From an uncultured delta proteobacterium (GTDB lineage Bacteria > Desulfobacterota > Binatia > UBA9968): a stretch of DNA of 64,000 bases. How positions within the stretch are numbered: the first letter of the stretch is position 1; each line of letters opens with the position of its first letter. Position numbers and translations under genes: made by a program. The stretch covers positions 32,001 through 96,000 of the forward strand of contig CAWDPO010000001.1 of NCBI GenBank assembly GCA_963804165.1. The letters run 5' to 3'. Below the pieces are notes generated by a model, which saw only the letters and a list, made by a program, of their open reading frames with translations, was not told where the DNA came from and searched no databases. Shown here piece by piece: positions 17,025-27,401 of the stretch.

Positions 17025-18077
17025 TCAAAAACCGTTGACTTCTACGACAGCCTTGGCAAAGGCCTGCGGCGCTTCCTGAGGCAGATTGTGCCCTATGCCA
17101 CCCTTGATAATCCGGTGCGAATACTTGCCGGAGAATTTCTTGGCGTAAGAACTGGCGTCGGGATGCGGCGCACCGTCGGCATCACCTTGAAGCGTAATCG
17201 TCGGCACGGTGATCACCGGAAATCCGGCAAGCCGCTTTTCCAGATCATCGTACTTCGATTCGCCTTCAGCCAGTCCGAGCCGCCAGCGATAATTATGGAT
17301 AACGATGCTGACGTGATCCGGATTGTTGAAAGATGCCGCAGTGCGCTCGAATGTGGAATTATCGAACTTCCACCTTGGCGAAGCGATCTGCCAAATGAGC
17401 TTCGCAAAGTCGTGCCGGTATTTGTCGTAGCCGGCCCGGCCGCGTTCCGTGGCAAAATAATATTGGTACCACCATTCGAGCTCATTCTTCGGCGACAACG
17501 GCATTTTGCCGGCCTCCTGGCTGCCGATGAGATATCCGCTCACCGACACCATCGCCTTGCAGCGCTCTGGCCAAAGCGCAGCGATGATGTTGGCTGTCCG
17601 CGCTCCCCAATCAAAACCGGCAAAAACGGTGGTCTTGATCTGGAGAGCATCCATGAGCGCGATGGTATCGACGGCCAGTGCCGAAGGCTGGCCATTGCGC
17701 AACGTTTCGGCTGACAGAAATCGCGTCGTGCCGTAGCCGCGGACAAAGGGAATGATCACTCGGTAGCCCGCCTTCGCCAGCAACGGCGCGACGTCAACGA
17801 AGCTGTAAATATCGTAGGGCCAGCCGTGCAGCAGAATGACCGGCGGCCCATTGATCGGGCCGGCTTCAGCGTATCCAACATTCAAGAGGCCGGCATCGAT
17901 TTGCTTCAGAGGGCCGAACGACGTGTTCGTGCCCGGTTTAATCTTAGGTAGGTCCGCCGGTTTCGTGCTGCCGGATTGTGCGCCCGCAGAGCTAATGACG
18001 CCGAGTTGGACGGACGCGAGGCTCATGAATGCAGCAGTCAAAAAATGCCGGCGATCACGGTTGATTTCTTTGGACAT
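17025..18077 (-). CDS. Alpha/beta hydrolase (epoxide hydrolase-like) with Tat signal
   Basis: DRRHFL twin-arginine leader, LLHGWPYD, GFDWGAR, GHNLPQEAP. Confidence 0.88.
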   Translation of the reverse strand: MSKEINRDRRHFLTAAFMSLASVQLGVISSAGAQSGSTKPADLPKIKPGTNTSFGPLKQIDAGLLNVGYAEAGPINGPPVILLHGWPYDIYSFVDVAPLLAKAGYRVIIPFVRGYGTTRFLSAETLRNGQPSALAVDTIALMDALQIKTTVFAGFDWGARTANIIAALWPERCKAMVSVSGYLIGSQEAGKMPLSPKNELEWWYQYYFATERGRAGYDKYRHDFAKLIWQIASPRWKFDNSTFERTAASFNNPDHVSIVIHNYRWRLGLAEGESKYDDLEKRLAGFPVITVPTITLQGDADGAPHPDASSYAKKFSGKYSHRIIKGGIGHNLPQEAPQAFAKAVVEVNGF

Positions 18078-18114
18078 TTATCTGCCCTCCGCCTGGAGTC
18101 AAAGCATGATGGAA

Positions 18115-18765
18115 TCAGTACCGCACATGATCCGTTGGGTTTAGAGAAGCGATCGAGTCGACGACTTCATCTGTCGTCACAATGGCGGTGGCGTAGTTCG
18201 GGATATTGACGTCGAGAGCGGCGTGCATCTCCTTACCCGAATAGCTTGCGGTCGCGTCCTTGACCATCGTGACCTCGTAGCCGAGCTCAGCCGCATAACG
18301 AACAGTCGCCTCCACACAGGTGTGTGCTATGAGTCCCATGACAATGAGCTGATGGATGCCGTGTTTCTTGAGCTGCAAATCAAGATCGGTGTTGGCAAAG
18401 CCACTGGAACACCAATGCTCAAGCGCCACGATGTCGCCCGGCTGAGGCGTGAACTCGCTACGGATCTCGCCACCCCACGTTCCGTATTCAAACGTCTTTC
18501 GCGACCAGGCTGCTTTTTGAACTGGCGCAATGTACTTCCAACTCTCGTAGTCGCCAGGGCGATAGCGACGATGCAGCGCGTAGAAAACACGAATGTCCGC
18601 CTTTCGCGCAGCGTCCAAGACCTGCATCATATGAGGGACACACTTGTTCGCCTCAGCTACACCCTTTAAGCGATCCCATACTTTGCCGCCCTCGGAAATA
18701 AAATCGTTATACGGATCGATCACAAGAAGTGCAGCGATCTCCTTGTCAAATGTCACTTGCACCAT
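18115..18765 (-). CDS. Isochorismatase family cysteine hydrolase
   Basis: ALLVIDPYNDF, SSGFANTDLD, GLIAHTCVEATVR. Confidence 0.9.
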   Translation of the reverse strand: MVQVTFDKEIAALLVIDPYNDFISEGGKVWDRLKGVAEANKCVPHMMQVLDAARKADIRVFYALHRRYRPGDYESWKYIAPVQKAAWSRKTFEYGTWGGEIRSEFTPQPGDIVALEHWCSSGFANTDLDLQLKKHGIHQLIVMGLIAHTCVEATVRYAAELGYEVTMVKDATASYSGKEMHAALDVNIPNYATAIVTTDEVVDSIASLNPTDHVRY

Positions 18766-18865
18766 GATCTACCTTCCCGGCGACGACGTTGTCAGCCATC
18801 CATGACGAAACTCTGAAGTAATGCGGCCACAATGACTCGGCGTCACTGAGCGCTCACTTTTCCGA

Positions 18866-19789
18866 TCAACGGTCGGTCAGCTCGCCCAGCAGGCGGCCCA
18901 AGGACATTTCCGCATCTCGAGTCTGGAAGCCGCGCTTGATCGCGGCTTGGATTAGCTTTTGAGCCTCGGGAGTGCGCACACCCTCGCCGAAAAGATCGGA
19001 ATCGCGACGGAAGTCCTCGGTCGGCGCGAGCGCGATCGCATTGACTCGCTCCTTTACCGCGACTTGGCCGGCGGCCGGGAACCCGGCGATCCGATGAGCG
19101 AGCGATCTCACGAAACCGTCGAGATCTTTGGCAGGCAGCGCTCGATTGATCCAACCATAGCGTTCAGCCAACTCCGCGTCGTAATCGTCGGCGCTCAACA
19201 TGACCTCGAGCGCCCGGCCTCGGCCCATCAGGCGCGTAAGATGTTGGACGGCGCCGCCGCCGGGAATCACACCTAACCCAGGCTCGGGCTGACCGAAAAT
19301 CGCCGACTCGCGAGCGGCGAAGCGCATGTCGCAGGCCAACACGAACTCGCTGCCAGCGCCGCGTACGCGCCCCTCGATTTGTGCGATCGTGACGAGGCGG
19401 CTTGCGCTTAGATGGCGAAACAGGAGGGCGATCGATGGTTCACCGGCCAGCCTTGCCGCCTCCTCCCGGTACTCTTTGATCCGGGTCACATCGACGTGTG
19501 AAATGAAGTAGTCAGGGTCGGCGCTCTTGAATACGAGCACCTTGAAAGCGTCGTCGGACTCGGCCTGCCTGATTAGGGAGACCAGATCGCGCACCAGTTC
19601 GGGCCCGAGGAGATTCATGGGCGGGGCCGCGATTTCCGCGAACAGAACAGCCCCATCCTTACGCACCCTCAGCGTCTCGAAAGCCATGGCGCCATCGTCG
19701 GTCGCCGCGTTAGGGGAGGAAATGCCGCAAAGCCCGAAGGCGATTGCTGCCACCATGGCCGCGACAAGTCTGCATAGTGGTTTCTTCAT
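18866..19789 (-). CDS. Enoyl-CoA hydratase/isomerase family protein with signal-peptide-like leader
   Basis: PPMNLLG, IAQIEGRVRGAGSEFVLACDMRFA, QPEPGLGVIPGGG; start placed at MKKPLCR (19789). Confidence 0.85.
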   Translation of the reverse strand: MKKPLCRLVAAMVAAIAFGLCGISSPNAATDDGAMAFETLRVRKDGAVLFAEIAAPPMNLLGPELVRDLVSLIRQAESDDAFKVLVFKSADPDYFISHVDVTRIKEYREEAARLAGEPSIALLFRHLSASRLVTIAQIEGRVRGAGSEFVLACDMRFAARESAIFGQPEPGLGVIPGGGAVQHLTRLMGRGRALEVMLSADDYDAELAERYGWINRALPAKDLDGFVRSLAHRIAGFPAAGQVAVKERVNAIALAPTEDFRRDSDLFGEGVRTPEAQKLIQAAIKRGFQTRDAEMSLGRLLGELTDR

Positions 19790-19815
19790 CGTCGTTGTTC
19801 TTCCTTTTTGCGCGC

Positions 19816-20217
19816 TCACTTGACCACCGTGACAAGCGGCTTGCCTTTTTCGACGATATACGTGGCGAGCTCCGCTGCGCGGCCGCTGCCGACGTTCTTC
19901 GCCGAGTGGATTGTTCCGGCCGGGATGAACAGGACCTCGCCGGCTTTGAGGGTCACTGGCGGCTTGCCCTCCACCGTGTATTCCCAAGTGCCTTCGAGGA
20001 CATAGATGATCTCTTCGCCCGGATGCGTGTGCCTCGGGGCAGTCGTTCCCGGCGCGAGCTCGACGCGCACCTGGATAACCTCACGTCCCGGGACGCTCAG
20101 ATCATGCCGCTGGAGATCGATGCGCCGGGCTCCCACTTGCTGCGAGTGACCCACGTGGAGCGTCAAGCCGGTTGTGACGACCAGCGCCGCTACCATCATG
20201 ATTCGGGTCGTTTTCAA
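19816..20217 (-). CDS. Exported cupin domain protein
   Basis: Signal peptide, HTHPGEE...IPAGTIHSA. Confidence 0.88.
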   Translation of the reverse strand: MKTTRIMMVAALVVTTGLTLHVGHSQQVGARRIDLQRHDLSVPGREVIQVRVELAPGTTAPRHTHPGEEIIYVLEGTWEYTVEGKPPVTLKAGEVLFIPAGTIHSAKNVGSGRAAELATYIVEKGKPLVTVVK

Positions 20218-20302
20218 TTGGACATCCTTTGTCCTTCAAATGGGCCGCTCATGGTTGTTGTTTACCTCGCAAACGTCTGGTCCCTAGAAACACCCCCGCG
20301 AA

Positions 20303-21310
20303 TCAGAAATCCGCATCCAGTACGATGCGGTAACGGGCCTTGCCCGATTCGAGTCGGGCGAAGGCCTCATTGATCTGACTCATCGGGAAGTGCTCGGTCT
20401 GCGGCGCGACATTGTGCCGTGAAGCAAAGTCGAGCATTGTCTCGATCGCCACTGGCGAGCCAGTCGGCGAACCCGAGACACTACGCTGCTGCAAGATGAG
20501 CGAGAATGCCCCCACCGGGATCGGTTCCAGCACAGCACCAACCATATGTAACCGGCCGTTCGGAGCGAGCGTGCCGATCATCGCATCCCAGTCGAGCTTC
20601 ACGTTGACGGTGCTGATCAGGAGGTCAAAGCTGCCACCGAGTTTCTTGATCGCCGCCGAGTCCTTGCTCGAGACGACCTGGTTTGCCCCGAAACCCTTCG
20701 CTTCATCGAACTTGCTCTCGCTCGAGGTGAACGCTGTCACGTCGCAGCCGTACGCGGCGGCGAACTTCAGCGCCATATGCCCCAATCCGCCGATGCCGAT
20801 GATGCCTACCCGATCGGTCGGCTTGGCGTACATGGTCAGTGGCGCGAAGACGGTGATGCCCCCGCACAGGAGCGGGCCGGCTTCGGCCCTGTTTAGTTTC
20901 TCCGGCAGCGGGATAGCCCAAGCCCAGTGGGATCGGATGTGGGTCGCAAACCCGCCGCGATGATCAACAATGGTCGGTTGCACTTGCGGGCAAAGGTGAT
21001 GGCTTCCCGACATGCACTGGTGACAATGCATGCAGCTAGCCGAGTACCATCCGACGCCGACGCGCTGTCCGACCTTGAGTCCTTTGGCATTCGGACCTAC
21101 GGCCGTGATCCGACCGATGACCTCGTGGCCAAGAACCGCGGGGTACTGCGAAATACCCCATTCATTTTGCCAGACGGAGAGATCGGAGTGACACAAACCG
21201 CAGTGTTCGACAGCGACTTCAACGTCCTCGGCCCCGAGCGGTCCAAGATCAACGGTTTCGAGCGCCATCGGCTGTTTCGCCGCCTTCGCAACCCATGCTT
21301 TATAATTCAT
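20303..21310 (-). CDS. Zn-dependent NAD(P)-dependent alcohol dehydrogenase (Ahr/YjgB-like)
   Basis: CGLCHSD, GHEV, CMHCHQC...C, LLCGGITV, GIGGLGH, GKARYRIVL. Confidence 0.92.
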   Translation of the reverse strand: MNYKAWVAKAAKQPMALETVDLGPLGAEDVEVAVEHCGLCHSDLSVWQNEWGISQYPAVLGHEVIGRITAVGPNAKGLKVGQRVGVGWYSASCMHCHQCMSGSHHLCPQVQPTIVDHRGGFATHIRSHWAWAIPLPEKLNRAEAGPLLCGGITVFAPLTMYAKPTDRVGIIGIGGLGHMALKFAAAYGCDVTAFTSSESKFDEAKGFGANQVVSSKDSAAIKKLGGSFDLLISTVNVKLDWDAMIGTLAPNGRLHMVGAVLEPIPVGAFSLILQQRSVSGSPTGSPVAIETMLDFASRHNVAPQTEHFPMSQINEAFARLESGKARYRIVLDADF

Positions 21311-21389
21311 CGCGTCTCCTATTCTAAAACTTGGGCCGGATTGAAGACGGAGTGAACCCCACCTTCGAACCCCGCCGCGAATACAACCG

Positions 21390-22226
21390 TCACGGAGCCT
21401 TAAAGAACGCGAGTAGATCCGCGTTGACCTCGTCCTTTTGCGTCGTGCACATGCCGTGCGCGCCGCCCTTGTAGATTTTCAACTGCGCATTTTTGACTAG
21501 CTTGGACGAGAGCATGGCCGATGCGCCGATCGGCACGATCTGATCGTCGTCGCCGTGCAGGATGAGCGTCGGCACATCGAATTTCTTCAGATCTTCCGTC
21601 AGGTCGGTTTCGGAAAAAGCCTTGATGCAAAAGTAGGACGCGGGGAAGCCGGCCATCATTCCCTGAAGCCAGAACGATTCGCGCACGCCTTCCGAGACCT
21701 TTGCGCCCGCCCTGTTGTAGCCGTAGAACGGCAGGCTGAGATCCTTCCAGAACTGTGAGCGGTCGGCGAGGACGCCGGCGCGAATCTGATCGAACGTTTC
21801 CATCGGCAAGCCGCCGGGATTGGCAGCCGTCTTCAGCATCAGCGGCGGGACGGCGCCGATCAGCACGGCCTTGACCACACGCTTGGTGCCGTGGCGGCCT
21901 ATATAACGGGTGACTTCGCCGCCGCCGGTGGAATGGCCGACATGGATCGCGTTTTTTAAGTCGAGTGCTTCGACCAACTTCGCCAGATCATCGGCGTAGG
22001 TGTCCATGTCGTTGCCGCTCCACGGCTGGCTCGATCTCCCATGGCCGCGCCGATCATGGGCAATGCAACGGTAGCCGCGGGAGGCCAGGAAAAACATCTG
22101 GTCCTCGAAGGCGTCCGCGCTGAGTGGCCAACCATGACTAAAAATCACCGGCTGTCCGCTGCCCCAGTCCTTGAAATAAATTTCGATGTCTTTGGAATTT
22201 TCTTTACCTACTGTGACATAGGGCAT
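21390..22226 (-). CDS. cpo: Non-heme chloroperoxidase / perhydrolase (alpha/beta hydrolase)
   Basis: [48 protein letters not shown]. Confidence 0.9.
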   Translation of the reverse strand: MPYVTVGKENSKDIEIYFKDWGSGQPVIFSHGWPLSADAFEDQMFFLASRGYRCIAHDRRGHGRSSQPWSGNDMDTYADDLAKLVEALDLKNAIHVGHSTGGGEVTRYIGRHGTKRVVKAVLIGAVPPLMLKTAANPGGLPMETFDQIRAGVLADRSQFWKDLSLPFYGYNRAGAKVSEGVRESFWLQGMMAGFPASYFCIKAFSETDLTEDLKKFDVPTLILHGDDDQIVPIGASAMLSSKLVKNAQLKIYKGGAHGMCTTQKDEVNADLLAFFKAP

Positions 22227-22377
22227 GGCTGCTCTCCTTCTGCAGAGTTGAAATCAATTCGTGTTTCCGTTCTTGCCAGGTGCCATCAACCAATAACGAG
22301 TGCGTCACACCCTGCTCCAGTAAGCGGGCGAGGAAAAAATCCCTCACCCATTCGATGGGAGCGAGCCGGGATATTCA

Positions 22378-22998
22378 TCAATTCCCGCCACCGCTGCCGC
22401 TATCTGAGCCTCCGCGTCCTCGCGCCTGATCGCGGCGCGCTTTGTCGATCTCCTCGTCGAACTGACGCCCGACGTATTCGCCCGCCATGATAAGCTGCGC
22501 GTCATCCAGTTTGACGGCCAATGTTTTTCGAACGTCGTTGCGAATTTGCATGCCGGGATCCCAAAAGACCCCGTACACGCGGTCCTCGGAGAAATATTCG
22601 AGTGTGTCATCGATCAACTTGAGCCCCGCTTCGATTTCTTTGCGACCGCGCTCGCGATCACCGGTTTTCAACATCGCGATCCCAAGATAAAGATGCGCGA
22701 ATGCATCGTCCTTATCGACATTGACCGCCCTTTCCAAAGTTTGCCGCGCTTCTTTGTCTCTGCCGGTTTCTAGGTACGCCCGTCCCAGCAACGCCAGAAC
22801 GCGGGCAGGAACCCGGTAGGGGAGCCTGTAGTTTGGATCGAGCTCGGCTGCTCGGGCCAGATAACCTACGGCATCGTTGGGGCGTCCGGTTTGTAGCGCA
22901 TTGCGGCCCGCTTGAACGTCGCCCCCGACGCTGGAGCAACCCGAGATGTACAACAGCCCTGAAAGGGCGATAGAGCCGAGGATGTATTTTAAGATCAT
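22378..22998 (-). CDS. Tetratricopeptide-repeat lipoprotein, copy 1
   Basis: Lipobox ISGC; TPR helices LLGRAYLETG and AHLYLGIAMLKTG; start placed at MILKY (22998). Confidence 0.8.
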   Translation of the reverse strand: MILKYILGSIALSGLLYISGCSSVGGDVQAGRNALQTGRPNDAVGYLARAAELDPNYRLPYRVPARVLALLGRAYLETGRDKEARQTLERAVNVDKDDAFAHLYLGIAMLKTGDRERGRKEIEAGLKLIDDTLEYFSEDRVYGVFWDPGMQIRNDVRKTLAVKLDDAQLIMAGEYVGRQFDEEIDKARRDQARGRGGSDSGSGGGN

Positions 22999-23117
22999 AA
23001 AATTATCTCCGCTGTTCCCGTGTTGTCCTCGCCTTGAAACGTTCAAGGACCACACGTGGTTTCTCATGGATCTCGAACATTGAACCTTGAAGTTTGAACT
23101 GACCGCTAAAATACCCA

Positions 23118-23250
23118 TCATTTATCGAAAGTCGTTAGCTCCGCGCCGTCGTCAGCGACGAAAACAGCCAGCAAACTCGCCGGCTCTTTAGCGCTGACGT
23201 TTTCGCTGACCAGATGCTGGCTGCCGGGCGGCTCGAAGAAGCTTTGCCCC
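23118..23250 (-). pseudogene. Cupin C-terminal fragment
   Basis: GQSFFEPPGSQHLVSENVSAKEPASLLAVFVADDGAELTTFDK-stop, with no start or N-terminal half. Confidence 0.7.
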
Positions 23251-23343
23251 GTCGAATTGTCGGCAAAAGAACAGTCTCTGCGACACATCGGAATAAATCA
23301 CAGAGAGCTTAAGATAAACAAGCGTTGGGCCGGCCTGCATGCG

Positions 23344-24015
23344 TCAATCCTTTGAGGGCTCCGTTAGCTTCGCAAGTCGATGCCGGAAATAGCTCTTCCA
23401 GCTTTCGGGAAGCGTTGCCACCTCAAGGGCGCGGCGAAGCAATCCGATGTTGTGCTTCTCGTGAGTATAGAGCGCGGTGATATCGCTGAGTCTGAGACTG
23501 TCTTTGCTTCTTTCAATGAGTTCGATCGGATCACCGACTCCGACTTCGCCCTCTTGCAGCACCGCAAAATAGCAGCCCGTGCGCTCGCTCGCCAAGAATC
23601 TTTTGACGACGTCAGGGCGGCCGAATCTGATGCCGAGCTTGTAACAAGGCATGCGCGGCTCGGTCACCATCACGATGGCAGAGCCGACGCCAAATTTGTC
23701 ACCGACGTTTAGCTCCGATTCAAAAAGTCCCGCAGTCGTGAAGTTCTCGCCGAACATGCCCCAGGGTAATTTCATCTCAGGCAATTCGTGCTTCCAGTAT
23801 TCGTAGTGTTCAGAGGGGTAAGCATAGACTGCCTTGCTGGGCCCACCATGCACGGAAAGGTCAGCCTGCCGGTCACCGTCGAGGTTGAGCGTTCTCAGCG
23901 TGACACGGCCCGCCACCGGCACTTTGAAAATCCCGGTCGATACTGGGTCGCCACTGCTCATGATTACCCGCGGGAGACCGACATTGACGGAGATGAGCTT
24001 CGCGCCAGATTGCAT
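23344..24015 (-). CDS. MOSC domain protein (YiiM-like)
   Basis: ISVNVG, TGIFK, GDRQADLSVHGGPSKAVY, FGENFT, PRMPCYKL; start placed at MQSGAK. Confidence 0.9.
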   Translation of the reverse strand: MQSGAKLISVNVGLPRVIMSSGDPVSTGIFKVPVAGRVTLRTLNLDGDRQADLSVHGGPSKAVYAYPSEHYEYWKHELPEMKLPWGMFGENFTTAGLFESELNVGDKFGVGSAIVMVTEPRMPCYKLGIRFGRPDVVKRFLASERTGCYFAVLQEGEVGVGDPIELIERSKDSLRLSDITALYTHEKHNIGLLRRALEVATLPESWKSYFRHRLAKLTEPSKD

Positions 24016-24115
24016 ACGGATATCCTGTGCCGGTAACAACGCCTCGGCGTGGCCGCGGAGGCTGATCGGCGGCGACACGCGCCGGCAAGATCGCGGCGCT
24101 TTATCTAACAGGTTA

Positions 24116-24301
24116 TCAATCTCGGTATTTGGGTCGCAACTGCTTGTGATCGCGCACACGCTGGCGAGTTAAGACGTCATTAAGCACCCATGACACCACC
24201 ATGTAGGCGCCGGCTGGATCACGGATGATCGGCATAAGCTCGTCTGCCACCGCGACGATGAGATCACCCAGGGTAGTCTTGATAACTTTTCGCTGCCGCA
24301 T
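24116..24301 (-). CDS. Small hypothetical protein (61 aa)
   Basis: GGAGGAG SD before the ATG; sigma-54-like site upstream. Confidence 0.6.
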   Translation of the reverse strand: MRQRKVIKTTLGDLIVAVADELMPIIRDPAGAYMVVSWVLNDVLTRQRVRDHKQLRPKYRD

Positions 24302-24398
24302 GTTTTACTCCCTCCACGTACATCCGAATAGAAATCCCTTCGTTTACTGCTAATACTGATCTCAGCTTTTTTTTTAGTTTGGTTGCATCAGCATGGCA

Positions 24399-24413
24399 GC
24401 AAGCTGCGTACCA
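24399..24413 (-). promoter_or_regulatory. Sigma-54 (-24/-12) promoter motif
   Basis: TGGTACGCAGCTTGC (GG-N10-GC), about 100 nt upstream of the small ORF. Confidence 0.6.
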
Positions 24414-24785
24414 GACTCGAGCCAAGCCTGGAAAATATCCGTGTCTTACGAAATCGGGATTTTAGGATTTGCGAGGGAGAGATTGTTACGAAGATACGTG
24501 ACTATTTATCGGCAGGTGTCGAAATATCGGCGTTGCCGCGGTGAGAAAATCACAATCTCAACATCCGAGTGTGAAGAAGTTGAGTGCTTCATCGTGAGCC
24601 GAGCGGCGTTGACGGAGGATGTGTTGATGATTCATTTCGGGGGTTGTTTTAGGGTCGTCGTTTTGGGGTCGTGCTCTCTAATCCATAATCCGTTCATTTC
24701 TTGAAACCCTATTGATTCGACAGATACGCTAGATTAGAAAGCCCGACCCTGCGGCCTTCCCCTGGTCTCAGGCGGATGCGGCTCT

Positions 24786-25208
24786 CTAGGCGTGCGAGTG
24801 ATTGATTGCCCAGAGCGTAAGGACCGCCCCGATGATCGCCGGCAGGGTGACAGCAGGAAAATCGCGGGGAATTACCGATGGAGAGCAGATGCCGACGGCA
24901 ACTTCCCACAGGTGGAAAACGGCATGCGCGGTGAGCCACAAGGTCGCGGCGGCCCACAGCCCAACGCGGCGCTCCGGTCGGATCATACCGATGCCGAAAG
25001 CTACGCCGAGGAACAGCTGAATAATCCCAATATCGCGAATGAAGTGCTGATTAAAGAAGCCGGTGTCGATCACACCTGGAACGAACTTATACCACGCCAG
25101 TGGAGCGACGAGCATAAAAAGTCCGTTTACCGATAGAAATATTCCGTTGAACGCCACCATTATGAATACCACTATCAAAATGGCACGACTACCTTCTGTC
25201 ATCTTCAT
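24786..25208 (-). CDS. Hypothetical membrane protein
   Basis: Several hydrophobic segments; FNQHFIRDIG and HAVFHLWE motifs. Confidence 0.7.
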   Translation of the reverse strand: MKMTEGSRAILIVVFIMVAFNGIFLSVNGLFMLVAPLAWYKFVPGVIDTGFFNQHFIRDIGIIQLFLGVAFGIGMIRPERRVGLWAAATLWLTAHAVFHLWEVAVGICSPSVIPRDFPAVTLPAIIGAVLTLWAINHSHA

Positions 25209-25387
25209 GATTTATAGCCTTCCCCTATAGAATGAGTTGCGGTTCGACCGCGCTTGGAACACTCTCCCTCGCGAACCGCGTCGCGGATATGAAGGCGTAC
25301 TCCTCGGTAAAGCGTAGGCAGGGTGACGGGCAGCTCATCGCCGGTCCGGCGCTACTTGATCTGGGCGTCGACCCTGCCCTGGCTAAC

Positions 25388-26143
25388 TTACTTTTGAGGT
25401 ACGGAGCGGCTAAGCCAGTTCTCGAAACGCGTCGGGCCGATGCGCGGGTTGTCGCCTGGGGTGAGGCTTTGATCGTTCAACTCTATGCCGAAGTAGAGTG
25501 CGTGGACGTCTGTGGTTACCTTCCGTGCGTCTCGGCGCGCGCTTAAGAATCGTCGGACGAGTTCGTCGAGACGTATCGGTTCGGGACCGGCCAGCTCGAC
25601 CGTGCCGTTCAACGGTGCATCGACTACGACTTGGACCAGTGCGGCAGCGACATCATCCGACACGATGGGTTGCACAAGCGCAGGTGACAACCGAACCGTT
25701 TGCCCGTCGGTGGCCGATTGGGCAATGCCGCCCACGAACTCGAAGAACTGCGTTGCGCGGACGATCGTATATGGAACGGGTGAGGCCTTGATCAGGTTTT
25801 CTTGGGCCATCTTCGCGCGGAAGTAACCACTCGCAAGTAGGCGTTCGGTACCGACAACCGACAGTGCAACGTGATGCCGCACGCCAGCGGCCGCTTCTGC
25901 GGCAAGGAGATTGCGACCCGATGTCTCGAAGAACTCCAAAACTGCCTTGTCCTCCCACGAAGGCGAGTTCGCTACGTCGACGACAACCTGAGCGCCCGCA
26001 AGCGCTTCAGCCAGTCCCTCGCCAGTGATGGTGTTGACGCCCGAGGAGGGTGATGCCGCTACGGCCTCATGGCCCTGCTGACGAAGGTTGTTCACGAGCT
26101 TTGTTCCGATGAGCCCGCTGCCGCCAATAACCACAATCTTCAT
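25388..26143 (-). CDS. Atypical SDR / NmrA-like NAD(P)-binding protein
   Basis: MKIVVIGGSGLIG, HHVALSVVG, YFRAK, VRATQFFEF; start at 26143 after GGAGG. Confidence 0.88.
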   Translation of the reverse strand: MKIVVIGGSGLIGTKLVNNLRQQGHEAVAASPSSGVNTITGEGLAEALAGAQVVVDVANSPSWEDKAVLEFFETSGRNLLAAEAAAGVRHHVALSVVGTERLLASGYFRAKMAQENLIKASPVPYTIVRATQFFEFVGGIAQSATDGQTVRLSPALVQPIVSDDVAAALVQVVVDAPLNGTVELAGPEPIRLDELVRRFLSARRDARKVTTDVHALYFGIELNDQSLTPGDNPRIGPTRFENWLSRSVPQK

Positions 26144-26347
26144 GCCGAACCTCCTAGTTCGTAGCGGATCGATCTTATAAGTCGCTTTCAGATAATTCTC
26201 CTTTTTCTCCCGGGAAGCAACTGTATAACTCCTACCTTTTTGCAGTCCGCTTGCCACAGTTGGGATATTGGTGGGACTAACTCACCTTCAACGCCGATGC
26301 ACCATTGCACACGAGATTCTGCGGAGACCCAAAGACCAAACGAAAAA

Positions 26348-26411
26348 GGCAAACGGGGTCAAGTCTGGAGCTGATTAGATCTGAGGAACCTCGACAGGCG
26401 ACAAGATCAAC
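26348..26411. repeat. Dispersed repeat, partial copy of 35191-35310
   Basis: GGCAAACGG(GG)TCAAGTCTGGA..TGATTA.ATCTG.GGA.CCTCG...AGGCGACAAGATCAAC is shared by both copies. Confidence 0.7.
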
Positions 26412-26493
26412 AATGGAACCACGAGCCGTACAAAGAATCGTTGATCGCTTCCGTGAAACGTTGAGTCCCTTTGGCAGTGCACAGAGTCGACGG

Positions 26494-26724
26494 TCAAGGC
26501 TGAATAGGCCGTTGCTTCAGGTCCGTCATTACCGACTTACGTTTTATCTTTTCGGCTCTTTTCGCCGATTCCATTTTCACTGCGGGAAGCCCCAACTGCT
26601 TCGCCAGCCGCGCACATGAAGAGCATACAAGCATATTAAGCAGAACAACGCCTGCGTCCTCGCTGGTGACGCGATAGAGTTTCTGTTTTGTAATCCGGTC
26701 GCAGCGCCGACAAATGAAGCCCAT
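26494..26724 (-). CDS. Small CxxC...CxxC (zinc-ribbon-like) hypothetical protein
   Basis: AAAGGAG SD; MGFICRRCDR...VCSSCARL; 76 aa. Confidence 0.6.
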   Translation of the reverse strand: MGFICRRCDRITKQKLYRVTSEDAGVVLLNMLVCSSCARLAKQLGLPAVKMESAKRAEKIKRKSVMTDLKQRPIQP

Positions 26725-27401
26725 GGCCCTTCTCCTTTTATAATCCAAGCGCGAGATGCTTCGAACAGGTTGACGAACAGTTACAGTAAAGTGCGTGAAA
26801 CGTTAAAGCGAAGAGTACCGCAGCGTTAGCACAAGGAGAAGAAAAAAATCAGCGCGGCGGTTTTGTCGGATGCTAGATTATCCACAGCACAGTGTGAATA
26901 AATTGTTTATAAGGTCCGTCAAGCGTTGATTTCGCCAGCCGTTGCGCCATCAGCCTCACATTGCCTAACGCATGAGCGACGACGAAAAAAGTTGCGGCGC
27001 CACTCCAGTTTCTTTCCGGCTGTTCAGCTCGCCCGAGTTTGTGGTCAAATTGACGCACAGCACAAAGTTTCCAAGGTATCAGGGTGAATATTGGTGAGTG
27101 AATATTGCATTGGTGTCTGGCTTTACAGATTGACTGATCGATCTAAAGCTCGCCGACCAAGATCCGACAAAGATGCAGATCAGAGCCGTCAGGTGGGTAA
27201 ACTGAGATACCGCGCTTGACGAGTTCGCCGGCTGCTCCTATAGGGCAGCGAGCCGGTAACCGGCGCGATGGCGCGCAGCGCATGATTTGGCGGCTGACGT
27301 TACCGCATCATCTATTCGACCGCGCATAGCGAAGCATGACGTCACCGGAGGGGTACTGCTTGGACTCGACGAAATCCAGTCTCAAGTTTTGACATGATCT
27401 C

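Noticed and set aside
23030-23102. Short TTGAAC-type periodic repeats and the N-terminal extension of TPR copy 1
   Set aside because: Too few degenerate units to define an element; the extension is unsupported given the SD and lipoprotein signal at 22998.
26873-27400. Short ORF and possible ncRNA downstream of ilvB
   Set aside because: No SD, motif or clear stable structure was recognised.
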